Source: Pseudoduganella sp. (GTDB lineage: Bacteria; Pseudomonadota; Gammaproteobacteria; Burkholderiales; Burkholderiaceae_D). From it: a stretch of 64,000 nucleotides of DNA. Below, piece by piece: positions 55,691 through 64,000 of this stretch. Position 1 is the stretch's first letter, and each line of letters starts with the position of its first letter. Made by a program: the position numbers and the translations under genes. The notes beneath the pieces are model-generated. The model ran no database searches and was not told the DNA's origin. It saw only the letters and a list, made by a program, of their open reading frames with translations. The stretch lies in assembly GCA_021323265.1 (NCBI GenBank), contig JAJTCO010000008.1, positions 4,357 to 68,356 on the forward strand, written 5' to 3'.

Positions 55691-56122
55691 TTACTTGGCG
55701 CTGGCCTTGCGTGAGGACCAGTGCAGGTGCACGATCAGCCAGTTGTCGCCTTGCCGTTCCAGCACGGCGGTTTCCAGGCCAAAGGTATGCACCGCGGTGT
55801 TCTTGTAGCTGCCGGTGGTTTCCGTTTCGCGCATGACGATGGCCGTGGCGCCGTCGCGATGCTCGGCGTGGCGCAACAGGCGCGACTGCGTGGCGCGCAG
55901 GAAGGCAATGTCGCTGTCGAGGTGGTGGGCGGCGTATTCGTCGCGGCTGCGCTCGACATGGCCCGATTCGAAAATCTGCGCCTTGGGGCTGAGCATGGCC
56001 AGCGCCTGTTCGCGCTTGCCTTCGGCCAGCGCACGCTGGAAGGCATCCATGGTTTCAGCCGGCGTGGCGGCGAAGGCGGGCATGCTGGCGGCGGCCAGCA
56101 GCAGGCAGGCTAGGGCGCGCAT
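55691..56122 (-). CDS. Exported NTF2/SnoaL-like (DUF4440) protein
   Basis: Signal peptide; 'IFESG...YAAHHLDSD', 'ETAVL...WLIVHLHWSS'. Confidence 0.8.
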   Translation of the reverse strand: MRALACLLLAAASMPAFAATPAETMDAFQRALAEGKREQALAMLSPKAQIFESGHVERSRDEYAAHHLDSDIAFLRATQSRLLRHAEHRDGATAIVMRETETTGSYKNTAVHTFGLETAVLERQGDNWLIVHLHWSSRKASAK

Positions 56123-56127
56123 TGGAG

Positions 56128-56433
56128 TCAATTGCCGAAGCCGGCGACTACGTTGGCGGTGTGTTCCACGCTGGGCGCGGTGGCGAAATACTGGCCCACC
56201 AGCCCGCGCCAGGTCTGGAAATCCGCGCTGCCGCGAAAATCGACGGTGTGGTTTTCCAGCGTTTCCCAGGCGATGACCAGGTGGTAGGTGTTGGCGCGCT
56301 CGATCACGCGGTCCAGGCGCATGGACTTGCAGCCCTTGGCACGCTGGAACAGCGGTACGGCGCTTTGCACCGCTGCTTCGAATTCGGCGCCTTGGCCATC
56401 CTTGATTTCAAACTCCGCCAGCTCGTGAATCAT
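56128..56433 (-). CDS. Antibiotic biosynthesis monooxygenase (ABM) family protein
   Basis: 'EFEIKDGQGAEFEAAV...WETLENHTVDFRGS'. Confidence 0.85.
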   Translation of the reverse strand: MIHELAEFEIKDGQGAEFEAAVQSAVPLFQRAKGCKSMRLDRVIERANTYHLVIAWETLENHTVDFRGSADFQTWRGLVGQYFATAPSVEHTANVVAGFGN

Positions 56434-56481
56434 CGGGGCATTCCTTTCGCTAAGTAATGCTCCGATTGTGCCTGATATGGA

Positions 56482-58578
56482 TCAGAAGCGGTAGCGGGCG
56501 GTGACGCGCACGTTACGCGGTGCCCCCGGCAGGTTGAGCAGCTTGCTCGAGCCGTGGCCGGAAACGATGTAATCGCGGTCGAACAGGTTGTTCACGTTGA
56601 CCTGCACGTCGAAGGCCGCTGCGCGGTAGGCCAGCATGGCGTCGACCACCGTGTAGCCGGGCAGGACGGTGGTGTTGCCGGTGTTGGCGAAACGGTCGCC
56701 CTGGTAGTTCAAGCCCGCGCCGCTGTGCCAGCCGCCGCCCAGTTCCTTGTTCAGCCACAGGTTGGCGCTGCGCTTGGGCGTCAGCGTCGGCTGGTTGCCC
56801 TGCACCATGCGGCCGTCGTCGCGCGCGATGGAACGCGTGATTTCCGCGTCCAGCAGGGCCAGGCCGGAGACCACTTTCCAGCCCTGGCCCAGGTCGCCGC
56901 TCAAGGTCAGCTCCAGGCCGTCGGTGCGCTGGGTGCCGATCGGGATCAGCTGGTTGGTGGCCGGATCGCTGCTCTTGATGCCGGTGCGTTCCAGGCGGAA
57001 CAGCGAGGCGCTGACCGTGGCCAGGCCGTCCAGCAGGTCGAAGCGGGCCCCCACTTCCTTGTTGGTGGTCTTTTCCGGATCGATGGCGGCGTTGTTGGCG
57101 GCCAGCGCGAAGGTTTCGCCGGAAGGCTGGAAGGATTTGCTGAAGGAGACGTAGTAGGACTGGTTGCCGGAAGGCTGGTACACCAGACCGGCGCGCGGGC
57201 TCCAGGCGCGGTCGGTGCGGTCCAGGTTCTTCTGGCCCACGCGGCGCTCGCGCGTCTCCTGGCTGAAGTCATCGTAACGCACGCCGGCCAGCATTTTCCA
57301 CTGCGGCGTCAGCGTCGCCAGGTCCTGCACGTACACGCTCTGGTTCTTCAGGATGCCAAGGTTGTCCGTGCCCGGCGCCACGTTGGCGGCCAGCGGCAGC
57401 ACCGGCAGCACCGGCTTGAAGATGTTCACGCTGGCCACGTTGGCCTGCGAGCGGTTGACCTGGTCCTTGTCCTGCTTGCTGAACTCCACGCCGTACAGCA
57501 GCTGGTGCGGCATGCCGAGAATTTCCACGCGCTGGGTCAATTCGGTCTGGTTGAAGTAGCCGTCCTCCTGGCGGCGCACGTTGCCGTGCGTGAGCGACGC
57601 GGTTTGCGCCGCTTCGTTGACGCTGCCCACCAGGGTGTTGTTGCGGTTCAGCGAGTAGTCGTAACGGCGGAACGCATTGCGCAGCGACCAGTTGCCGTTC
57701 AGGCGGTGCTCCAGCGCCACGGCCAGCGCCTTCACGCGGGCCTGGCTGAAGTCCACGTCACGCGCATTGGCCGCGCCGAAGTAGGTGGACGGGTCGACGT
57801 CGACCGCCGTGCCCTTGTAGGAAGGGATGCCGAAGTCGGTCAGGCGGCGGTCGGACAGGTACTCGCCCTGCACCAGCACGGAGGTATCGGCGCTCAGCTT
57901 CCACAGCAGGGATGGCGAGAAGGCCTCGCGCTTGAGGAACTGCTGGTCGCGGTAGCCATCGGAATCTTCCTTGGCGCCGGTGACGCGGAAGGCTACGCCG
58001 CTCTCGGACAGCTTGCGCGCCACGTCGAATTCGCCGCGCTTCTTGTTCCAGCTGCCGAACGTGGCCGTGACTTCGGTCTTGTCGATACCCGGCTTTTTCG
58101 TGATGCGGTTGATCATGCCGCCCGAGGAACCACGGCCGTACAGCACCGAGGCCGGGCCCTTGATCACTTCCACCTGTTCGATGTTCGACAGGTCGCGGAA
58201 ATACAGCGCGTCGTCGCGCATGCCATCGATGAACTGGTCGGCAATGGCGGTAAAGCCGCGAATGGTCACCTGGTCGCGCTGGCCGTCGCCGTGCGACAGG
58301 CCGATGCCGGGAATGCCCTTCACCACGTCTTCCATGGAGCTGGCAGCCTGGTCGCGCAGCAGTTCCTGCGGCACCACGTTGACGGTCTGCGGAATGTCGC
58401 GCAGCGGCGCATCGATCTTGGTGGCGCTGCTGGCGCTGACCGGATTGTAGGTGGATTCGCGTGCCGCGGTGACCGTGACGGCGGGCAAGGTGGAATCCTG
58501 GGCAAACGCGGGGAGGGTAGCCAGTTGCGGCAATGCCAGCGCTACCGCGAGCGCCAGCGGGGATTTGTTCAACTTCAT
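56482..58578 (-). CDS. TonB-dependent siderophore receptor
   Basis: 'SATKIDAPLRDIPQTVNVV','IEQVEVIKGPASVLYGRG..GG.IN', C-terminal 'PGAPRNVRVTARYRF'; Fur box upstream. Confidence 0.93.
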   Translation of the reverse strand: MKLNKSPLALAVALALPQLATLPAFAQDSTLPAVTVTAARESTYNPVSASSATKIDAPLRDIPQTVNVVPQELLRDQAASSMEDVVKGIPGIGLSHGDGQRDQVTIRGFTAIADQFIDGMRDDALYFRDLSNIEQVEVIKGPASVLYGRGSSGGMINRITKKPGIDKTEVTATFGSWNKKRGEFDVARKLSESGVAFRVTGAKEDSDGYRDQQFLKREAFSPSLLWKLSADTSVLVQGEYLSDRRLTDFGIPSYKGTAVDVDPSTYFGAANARDVDFSQARVKALAVALEHRLNGNWSLRNAFRRYDYSLNRNNTLVGSVNEAAQTASLTHGNVRRQEDGYFNQTELTQRVEILGMPHQLLYGVEFSKQDKDQVNRSQANVASVNIFKPVLPVLPLAANVAPGTDNLGILKNQSVYVQDLATLTPQWKMLAGVRYDDFSQETRERRVGQKNLDRTDRAWSPRAGLVYQPSGNQSYYVSFSKSFQPSGETFALAANNAAIDPEKTTNKEVGARFDLLDGLATVSASLFRLERTGIKSSDPATNQLIPIGTQRTDGLELTLSGDLGQGWKVVSGLALLDAEITRSIARDDGRMVQGNQPTLTPKRSANLWLNKELGGGWHSGAGLNYQGDRFANTGNTTVLPGYTVVDAMLAYRAAAFDVQVNVNNLFDRDYIVSGHGSSKLLNLPGAPRNVRVTARYRF

Positions 58579-58641
58579 GTGCTTTCCTGAGGTGGTGGCT
58601 GGCTGGCGACCACCTGACAGGTGCAGAAGGATGGCTGGCTA

Positions 58642-58660
58642 GGTAATGAGAATTATTCGC
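58642..58660. promoter_or_regulatory. Fur box
   Basis: GGTAATGAGAATTATTCGC matches 14/19 positions of GATAATGATAATCATTATC, upstream of the siderophore receptor. Confidence 0.75.
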
Positions 58661-58702
58661 ATCTGAGATTATGCGCCAGCCATGCGGATTGCACAACCAT
58701 AT

Positions 58703-58972
58703 TTAGCGTTCGCTGCGTTTTACCTTGGCGGCATCGCTCGGGGTCTGCTCCCCTTGCCGGTATTGCTCACCCGTTTGGAAACCATGTTCGCGTTCGCCTT
58801 CGTCGACGCCGCCCGAGAGCAGGTCGTCCGTGCGGCCGGCAGACTGTTCGCTGCCTCCTTTGCTGCTGGAAAGATTGCGCTGGCCGGTGCATCCGGCGCC
58901 CCAGGTACCGATGCTGCTGGTCCCGTCATGGGTTTGCTGCTCCAGGTTGCGTCCTTTGTTGAGTGTGGACAT
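58703..58972 (-). CDS. Small hydrophilic hypothetical protein
   Basis: AAGGAGG RBS before ATG 58972; 89 aa, Gly/Ser/Gln-rich. Confidence 0.6.
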   Translation of the reverse strand: MSTLNKGRNLEQQTHDGTSSIGTWGAGCTGQRNLSSSKGGSEQSAGRTDDLLSGGVDEGEREHGFQTGEQYRQGEQTPSDAAKVKRSER

Positions 58973-59029
58973 GACTGCCTCCTTGTAACCAGGCCGATAG
59001 TCCATTGTAGGCGCGAAAGCAGCTTTGTC

Positions 59030-59821
59030 CTAGTTCTCCGTATATTTGCGCAGGAGCATGTTATAGCGCTTGTTGCCGTCGCCGCCGAGCCAGTTCCACA
59101 TGGCCTCCACGTCGCTGCGGTGGCCCTCGTAAAAGTGCTGGCTGCTGGCCAGCCAGATGTGGGATTTCAGGATGGGTTTGTCGAGCCGGACGATCTCCCC
59201 CTTGAAACGGGTGGCGACGAACTTGTCCATGTCCGCTTCGGAAACCAGGGCCACCACGAAGGCATCGATGCGGCCCAGGTGCAGTTTCTCGAAGTTGTTC
59301 GGCACCGTGGGCGCACCCGGGTCGAGCACGGCGCCGGCTTGCTGCAGGGTGTTCGCATAGGTCGAGCCATGCATGATGCCGACGCGCTGTCCGCGCAGGA
59401 TCTGCAGGGGTTCGCTGCTGCGCGCGTAGCCATCCTTGGCGCGCACGAAGACGACGACGTTCAGGGTGCTGGCGCGCCGGGTGTCCGGCTTGCCCTGCGC
59501 GTCGCGCGGCAGCACGATGCCGGGCTGGCCGTCGGCTGTGATGTCGACCGTGGTGAAATCGGCAGTACCGCCGACCAGTGCGCTGCGCAGGCGCAGCACG
59601 GGCAGCCGCACGAATTGCACCTCGCACTGCGCGCTTGCCGCGAACTCGCGCACCCACTCAACGTTGGCGCCGGGCGGGTTCGCCACTGCTGCGCCATTGC
59701 CCAGCCAGTAGGGCGGGCGGTGCTGGTCCGGATAGGCAAACCGAATGGTCCCGCAGGCAGCCAGGGTCTGGCTGGCCGACAGCCAGAGGATGATGGTGGG
59801 AATGAGCAAATTCCATTTCAT
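59030..59821 (-). CDS. Periplasmic substrate-binding protein (family 3-like), orphan
   Basis: Signal peptide; 'RPPYWLG','VRLPVLR','NFEKLHLGRIDAF'. Confidence 0.75.
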   Translation of the reverse strand: MKWNLLIPTIILWLSASQTLAACGTIRFAYPDQHRPPYWLGNGAAVANPPGANVEWVREFAASAQCEVQFVRLPVLRLRSALVGGTADFTTVDITADGQPGIVLPRDAQGKPDTRRASTLNVVVFVRAKDGYARSSEPLQILRGQRVGIMHGSTYANTLQQAGAVLDPGAPTVPNNFEKLHLGRIDAFVVALVSEADMDKFVATRFKGEIVRLDKPILKSHIWLASSQHFYEGHRSDVEAMWNWLGGDGNKRYNMLLRKYTEN

Positions 59822-59868
59822 TCCCGCATTCTATGCGAAGCGCCCTGGGCGTGGCTTGCTTTCGGCAA

Positions 59869-60114
59869 TCACATGGCGCGCTGCATGGAGTCGCCGCGGC
59901 GGTCGCGCACATGCCAGGGGAGCGATGCGATAGAGCGGATGCGGGTGGGGAAGCGTTCGGTAAAGGAGCGTATCAGGAGGTGCTCGACACCGCAGATGGT
60001 GAGGTAGCTGCGGGCGGCGCCCTGGTCGAAGGCAAGGGCGGTACGAACGGCCATGTCGAAACGCTCGGCTGTCCCGAGATCGTGCCGGCGTTCCTTGTTC
60101 CTTCTTTGGTCCAC
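59869..60114 (-). CDS. Hypothetical protein
   Basis: GAGGA RBS before GTG 60114; 81 aa filling the intergenic gap; no family recognised. Confidence 0.45.
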   Translation of the reverse strand: MDQRRNKERRHDLGTAERFDMAVRTALAFDQGAARSYLTICGVEHLLIRSFTERFPTRIRSIASLPWHVRDRRGDSMQRAM

Positions 60115-60192
60115 GCGTCCTCCCTCGACAAGACTTTATGCTAGAACCGCCGCGATTGGCGGGTCTGTGCGTCAGTCCACATGCCGACCATT

Positions 60193-60897
60193 TTAGAGGA
60201 TGTTGCGCAAGGCTTCTTCCAGTTCCGCGTTGTCCAGTGGCGCATCCCACACATTACTATGAACGAGGGATTGAATCGGCAGGCGCGAACGCCAGCCCTT
60301 GGCTTCCAATTCAGGAGTTGGTAGGAACTCGCTGACATAGCCCAGGCACAGATAGGCCACCGGATAGACGTCGTCCGGCAGGTGCAGGGCCTGCGCCAGC
60401 TGCTGCTGGTCCAGGATGCTGACCCAGCCCACGCCGACGCCTTCCGCGCGGGCCGCCAGCCACAGGTTCTGCACCGCCAGGCAGACGCTGAACAAGTCCA
60501 TCTCCACGATCGAGTTGCGGCCCAGGACATGCGGGCCGCCGCGCTTGCGGTCGCAGGTGATGCACAGGTTCAGCGGGCTTTCCAGGATGCCTTCCAGCTT
60601 CAGGCGCTTGTACAGGCCTGCCTGCTCGCCTTCGTAGTTTGCCGCAGCCCTCTCGTTCTCGCGCGTGAAGATGGCGTGCACCTGTTGCCGCACTTCGCGG
60701 CTGTCGATGACGATGAAGTCCCACGGCTGCATGAAGCCGACCGACGGTGCGTGGTGCGCCGCCTGCAGCAGGCGGGCCAGGACATCGGCCGGCACCGGGT
60801 CGGGCAGGAATTGCGAGCGCACGTCGCGGCGTTCGCGAATGGCGCGATAGAGGCCTTCGCGTTCGGAAGGGGAGAAGCTGTTGTCGGCTTTGGTCAT
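60193..60897 (-). CDS. bluB: 5,6-dimethylbenzimidazole synthase
   Basis: 'LYRAIRERRDVR','AHHAPSVGFMQPWDF','LKLEGI','AVQNLWLAARAEGVGVGWVSI','YLCLGY'. Confidence 0.93.
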   Translation of the reverse strand: MTKADNSFSPSEREGLYRAIRERRDVRSQFLPDPVPADVLARLLQAAHHAPSVGFMQPWDFIVIDSREVRQQVHAIFTRENERAAANYEGEQAGLYKRLKLEGILESPLNLCITCDRKRGGPHVLGRNSIVEMDLFSVCLAVQNLWLAARAEGVGVGWVSILDQQQLAQALHLPDDVYPVAYLCLGYVSEFLPTPELEAKGWRSRLPIQSLVHSNVWDAPLDNAELEEALRNIL

Positions 60898-60922
60898 TCT
60901 GCTCGTTTGGAGTATCCCCGCC

Positions 60923-61636
60923 TTACAGGCGGGCGATCTGGCGGTCGATGGCTTTGATGGCCCGCTCGCTGCGCTCGCTATAGCGGTCGGTCAGGTACTC
61001 CGTGCGGCCACGCATCAACAGGGTCATCTTGAACAATTCTTCCATCACATCGACCACGCGGTCGTAGTAGGCGGAAGGACGCATTCTACCCGCGTCGTCG
61101 AACTCCTTGTAGGCCATCGGCACCGACGACTGGTTGGGAATGGTGAACATGCGCATCCAGCGCCCCAGCAAGCGCAGCGTGTTTACCACGTTGAAGGACT
61201 GCGAGCCGCCGCAGACCTGCATCACGGCCAGGGTGCGGCCCTGGCTCGGACGCACGGCGCCTTGCTCCAGCGGGATCCAGTCGATCTGGTTCTTCATGAC
61301 GGCGGTGATGGCGCCATGCCGCTCAGGGCTGCACCACACCTGGCCTTCCGACCACAGGCAAAGCTCGCGCAGTTCCTGCACCTTTGGATGGGATTCGGGA
61401 ACGCTGCCCACCATGGGCAGCTCCATCGGATCGAAGATCCTGACCTCGGCGCCGAAGTGCTGCAGGATGCGCGCCGCTTCGAACGTCAGGAAGCGGCTGA
61501 AGGAGCGCTCGCGCAGGGAGCCATACAGCATCAGGATGCGCGGCGGATGGTGCATGTCGCCCTGCGGCGCCAGCTTGTCCAGGTTGGGAACGTCAACGAG
61601 TTCGGGCTTGAGGTTCGGAAGGTCGGGGATGCTCAT
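60923..61636 (-). CDS. arsH: Arsenical resistance protein ArsH (NADPH-FMN oxidoreductase)
   Basis: '[12 protein letters not shown]','WCSPERHG','[10 protein letters not shown]','TIPNQSSV','DRYSER'. Confidence 0.95.
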   Translation of the reverse strand: MSIPDLPNLKPELVDVPNLDKLAPQGDMHHPPRILMLYGSLRERSFSRFLTFEAARILQHFGAEVRIFDPMELPMVGSVPESHPKVQELRELCLWSEGQVWCSPERHGAITAVMKNQIDWIPLEQGAVRPSQGRTLAVMQVCGGSQSFNVVNTLRLLGRWMRMFTIPNQSSVPMAYKEFDDAGRMRPSAYYDRVVDVMEELFKMTLLMRGRTEYLTDRYSERSERAIKAIDRQIARL

Positions 61637-61639
61637 GTT

Positions 61640-62362
61640 TCAGTGCTTTTCGAGGGAGTCTGCAAAATCGCCTGGCGCCACGGTGCCGCCGACGGTGGCG
61701 TCGGCTGGTGGCGCGGGGTAGAGCCAGCAGAACAGAGCCGTTGCCGCCATCATCCCCGCCAGCTGGGCCAGGATGAAGCCGGGCGCGTCGGCCGGGCGGA
61801 TGCCCGCAAAGGTATTGCTGGCGGCGCGCGCCAGCGTCACCGCAGGGTTGGCGAAGGAGGTCGAGGACGTGAACCAGTAGGCTGCCGTGATGTAGGCCGC
61901 TACCGCAAACGGGGTGATCGCCGGGCGGCTGCGCGAACAGCCGATGATCACGCCGATCAGGCCGAAGGTGGCAATGAATTCGCTCCACCACTGTGAAGGA
62001 CCGGTGCGGGCGTGTTCGGAAGCGAAGAACAGCGCCTCGCCGAACATGCCGTGCGCCGCGGCCACGCCGGCGAAGGCGCCGGCAACCTGCACCGCGATGT
62101 AAGGCAGGACTTCGGCCAGGGGCACGTTGCGCTGCCAGGCTTCCGACAGGGTCACGGCGGGATTGAAGTGCGCCCCGGAGATGGTGCCGAACATGAGGAT
62201 CAGGGCCACCAGCCCGGCGCCGGTGGCGATGGTGTTGGCCAGCAGGGCGATGGCCACATTGCCGCCGGCAAGGCGTTCGGCCATGATGCCCGAACCGACT
62301 ACTACTGCCAGCAGCAGCGCGGTGCCGAGCCCCTCGGCCACCAGGCGTCGCGACAGCGTCAT
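61640..62362 (-). CDS. MIP/aquaporin family channel (AqpS-like arsenite conduit)
   Basis: 'SGAHFNPAVT' and 'SFANPAVTLAR' NPA motifs; within the ars operon. Confidence 0.9.
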   Translation of the reverse strand: MTLSRRLVAEGLGTALLLAVVVGSGIMAERLAGGNVAIALLANTIATGAGLVALILMFGTISGAHFNPAVTLSEAWQRNVPLAEVLPYIAVQVAGAFAGVAAAHGMFGEALFFASEHARTGPSQWWSEFIATFGLIGVIIGCSRSRPAITPFAVAAYITAAYWFTSSTSFANPAVTLARAASNTFAGIRPADAPGFILAQLAGMMAATALFCWLYPAPPADATVGGTVAPGDFADSLEKH

Positions 62363-62859
62363 GGCTGCACCTCGCCGATACGGGCCAGCTCACGCTTCAG
62401 CGCCAGTTTGTCCAGCTTGTCCACCGGCAGGCTGCAGAAGATGTCCAGGCGGGTCTTGATTTCACGGCAGACCTTCGCGAATTCGTGGCGCACTTGGTCA
62501 TCCGTGCCCGAGGCTGCGGCAGGATCGCGGAAACCCCAGTGCGCCGTTACCGGCTGGCCGGGCCAGACAGGGCACACTTCGCCGGCCGCGCGGTCGCAGA
62601 CGGTGATCACGAAGTCCATGGCTGGCGCATCCGGTTGCGCAAACTCGTCCCACGATTTGCTGCGCAGGTCGGATGTGCTGTAGCCGAAAGCCGTGGCCTG
62701 TTCGATGGCGAACGGGTTGACGGTGCCGGTCGGGTGGCTGCCTGCGCTAAAGGCGCGGAAGCGGCCGGCGCCGCAAGTGTTCAGCATGGCCTCTGCCATG
62801 ATGCTGCGCGCCGAATTGCCCGTGCAAAGAAACAGGACGTTGTAAGTCTTCTGGTTCAT
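62359..62859 (-). CDS. arsC: Arsenate reductase (LMW-PTP fold)
   Basis: 'LFLCTGNSARS','ITVCD','EVCP','HWGFRDP'. Confidence 0.9.
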   Translation of the reverse strand: MNQKTYNVLFLCTGNSARSIMAEAMLNTCGAGRFRAFSAGSHPTGTVNPFAIEQATAFGYSTSDLRSKSWDEFAQPDAPAMDFVITVCDRAAGEVCPVWPGQPVTAHWGFRDPAAASGTDDQVRHEFAKVCREIKTRLDIFCSLPVDKLDKLALKRELARIGEVQP

Positions 62860-62870
62860 CTCGGCCTCGC

Positions 62871-63350
62871 TCAAGGTTGCAGGGTGCCGATGCGCTCCAG
62901 CTCCGCCTTCATGCGTGCCGGGTCTTTCTTCAGTTCTTCCAGCGGCAGCGCGAAGAAGGTTTCGATCCGGTGGCGCAGGATGCGGTAGGCCTTCATGAAT
63001 GCCGCGTCGATCTCATCATCGGTGCCGGTCGCATGTGCCGGATCTTCCACGCCCCAATGCGCGCGCATGACCGGGCCGAGATAGGCCGGGCAGGTTTCGC
63101 CGGCGGCGCTGCCGCACACCGTGATCACGATGTCCGGCGTGACGGGCAGGTTGTCCCAGGATTTGCTGTGATAGCCCTCGGTGGAAATGCCTTCGCGTTC
63201 CAGCAAAGCCAGCGAGCGTGGGTGGACGTAGCCAGCGGGCTTGCTGCCGGCGCTGATGGCATGCCAGCCGGCCGGCGCCAGGTGGTTGAAGGTGGCTTCG
63301 CCAAGGATGGAGCGGCAGGAATTGCCGGTGCATAGGATCAGGACGTTCAT
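62871..63350 (-). CDS. arsC: Arsenate reductase (LMW-PTP fold), second copy
   Basis: 'LILCTGNSCRS','ITVCG','ETCP','HWGVEDP'. Confidence 0.9.
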   Translation of the reverse strand: MNVLILCTGNSCRSILGEATFNHLAPAGWHAISAGSKPAGYVHPRSLALLEREGISTEGYHSKSWDNLPVTPDIVITVCGSAAGETCPAYLGPVMRAHWGVEDPAHATGTDDEIDAAFMKAYRILRHRIETFFALPLEELKKDPARMKAELERIGTLQP

Positions 63351-63673
63351 GATTTGCAGGAATTGACGTTGGTTGTAGGAGCGCAGCTTTGGCCGCTGCA
63401 GCAGTTGTCGGTCAAATAGGAAAGCACGCCGTTCATGGTGTCGAAATTGGCGCTGTAGATGATGAAGCGGCCTTCCTGGCGGGGTTCGATCAAGCCCGCA
63501 TTGGTCAGCTCTTTCAGGTGGAACGAGAGCGAGGAGGGCGCAATATCGAGCTGCTCGGCGATCTTGCTGGCGGCAAGGCCTTGCGGGCCGGCCTGGACCA
63601 GCAGGCGGAACGTGTTGAGCCGCGACTCCTGGGCCAGCGCAGCCAGTGATGCCAGTACCGCTTTCGTTTCCAT
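63347..63673 (-). CDS. arsR: ArsR/SmtB repressor with C-terminal CC..C site
   Basis: 'ALAQESRL','SSLSFHLKEL','EGRFIIY','NCCSGQSC'. Confidence 0.92.
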   Translation of the reverse strand: METKAVLASLAALAQESRLNTFRLLVQAGPQGLAASKIAEQLDIAPSSLSFHLKELTNAGLIEPRQEGRFIIYSANFDTMNGVLSYLTDNCCSGQSCAPTTNVNSCKS

Positions 63674-63730
63674 GGGGGGCTTTCCTGTGTGATGTCTCGG
63701 TGAGCCGGATTATGGCACATCGCTACGACG

Positions 63731-63801
63731 TTTCAAAGAATATCGAAATATCTTGACAGCTTGATGACATGGGCGTTAATCTTCGTTCGTCGATTGACGA
63801 A
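63731..63801. promoter_or_regulatory. Divergent ars promoter region with dyad operators
   Basis: TTTC-N10-GAAA imperfect dyad 63731-63748; TTGACA 63753; palindrome TTCGTC-GATT-GACGAA 63786-63801. Confidence 0.5.
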
Positions 63802-63814
63802 TTGCTTGAAGAAC

Positions 63815-64000
63815 ATGATCAGCTGCTGCACCCCGAACCCGAAGCCCGACCTGCCAGAAGTGGATGCCGAAGAGGTAGCCCTGCTGTGCAAGGCACTGGC
63901 GCACCCGGCCCGTGTGCAACTGCTGCGTTATCTGGCCGCGTATGGGGCTTGCTATTTTGGCAGCCTGGCCGATGTGTTGCCCCTGGCGCCGTCGACCATT
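63815..64000 (+). CDS. Second ArsR/SmtB family regulator, 3'-truncated by window edge
   Basis: MISCCTPNP...LCKALAHPARVQLLRYL...ACYFGSLADVLPLAPSTI; open to the window end and absent from the ORF track. Confidence 0.85.
   Translation, partial: MISCCTPNPKPDLPEVDAEEVALLCKALAHPARVQLLRYLAAYGACYFGSLADVLPLAPSTI

Overview
This is a GC-rich betaproteobacterial chromosomal window. The gene repertoire resembles Oxalobacteraceae such as Massilia or Pseudoduganella, which is an inference. From left to right it contains: the 3' part of an M16 peptidase; a ~19 kb chitin/N-acetylglucosamine utilisation locus (two GntR/HutC regulators, TonB receptor, GH18, two NagX-like acyltransferases, TPR protein, ABC transporter, AmpG-like MFS, GH3 hexosaminidase, nagB-II/nagA/kinase) with periodic TGGTAT-type operator repeats; a GIN-domain protein; gspAB-mobB; yjfB; a bufferin-type locus (DUF2282 precursor plus fused DUF692-DUF2063); fumC; a FimV-like gene; a candidate structured ncRNA; fliT; HDOD; an M13 peptidase; and stress genes. 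At 37.2-39.5 kb is the most striking element: a putative new RiPP operon of a GNAT, a 76-aa peptide with four FxACNA(P/A) repeats, a ferritin-like diiron enzyme and a SAM methyltransferase. It converges on a five-gene operon (flavoprotein, Cys-less racemase-family protein, DUF4331, TPR, secreted amidohydrolase). The remainder holds DPP IV, MATE, a beta/gamma-crystallin protein, cbpAM, LysR-azoR, pncAB, a Fur-boxed siderophore receptor operon, bluB and an aquaporin-type ars operon. I saw no tRNA, rRNA, CRISPR array or transposase. All family assignments come from motif recognition by eye, not database searches.
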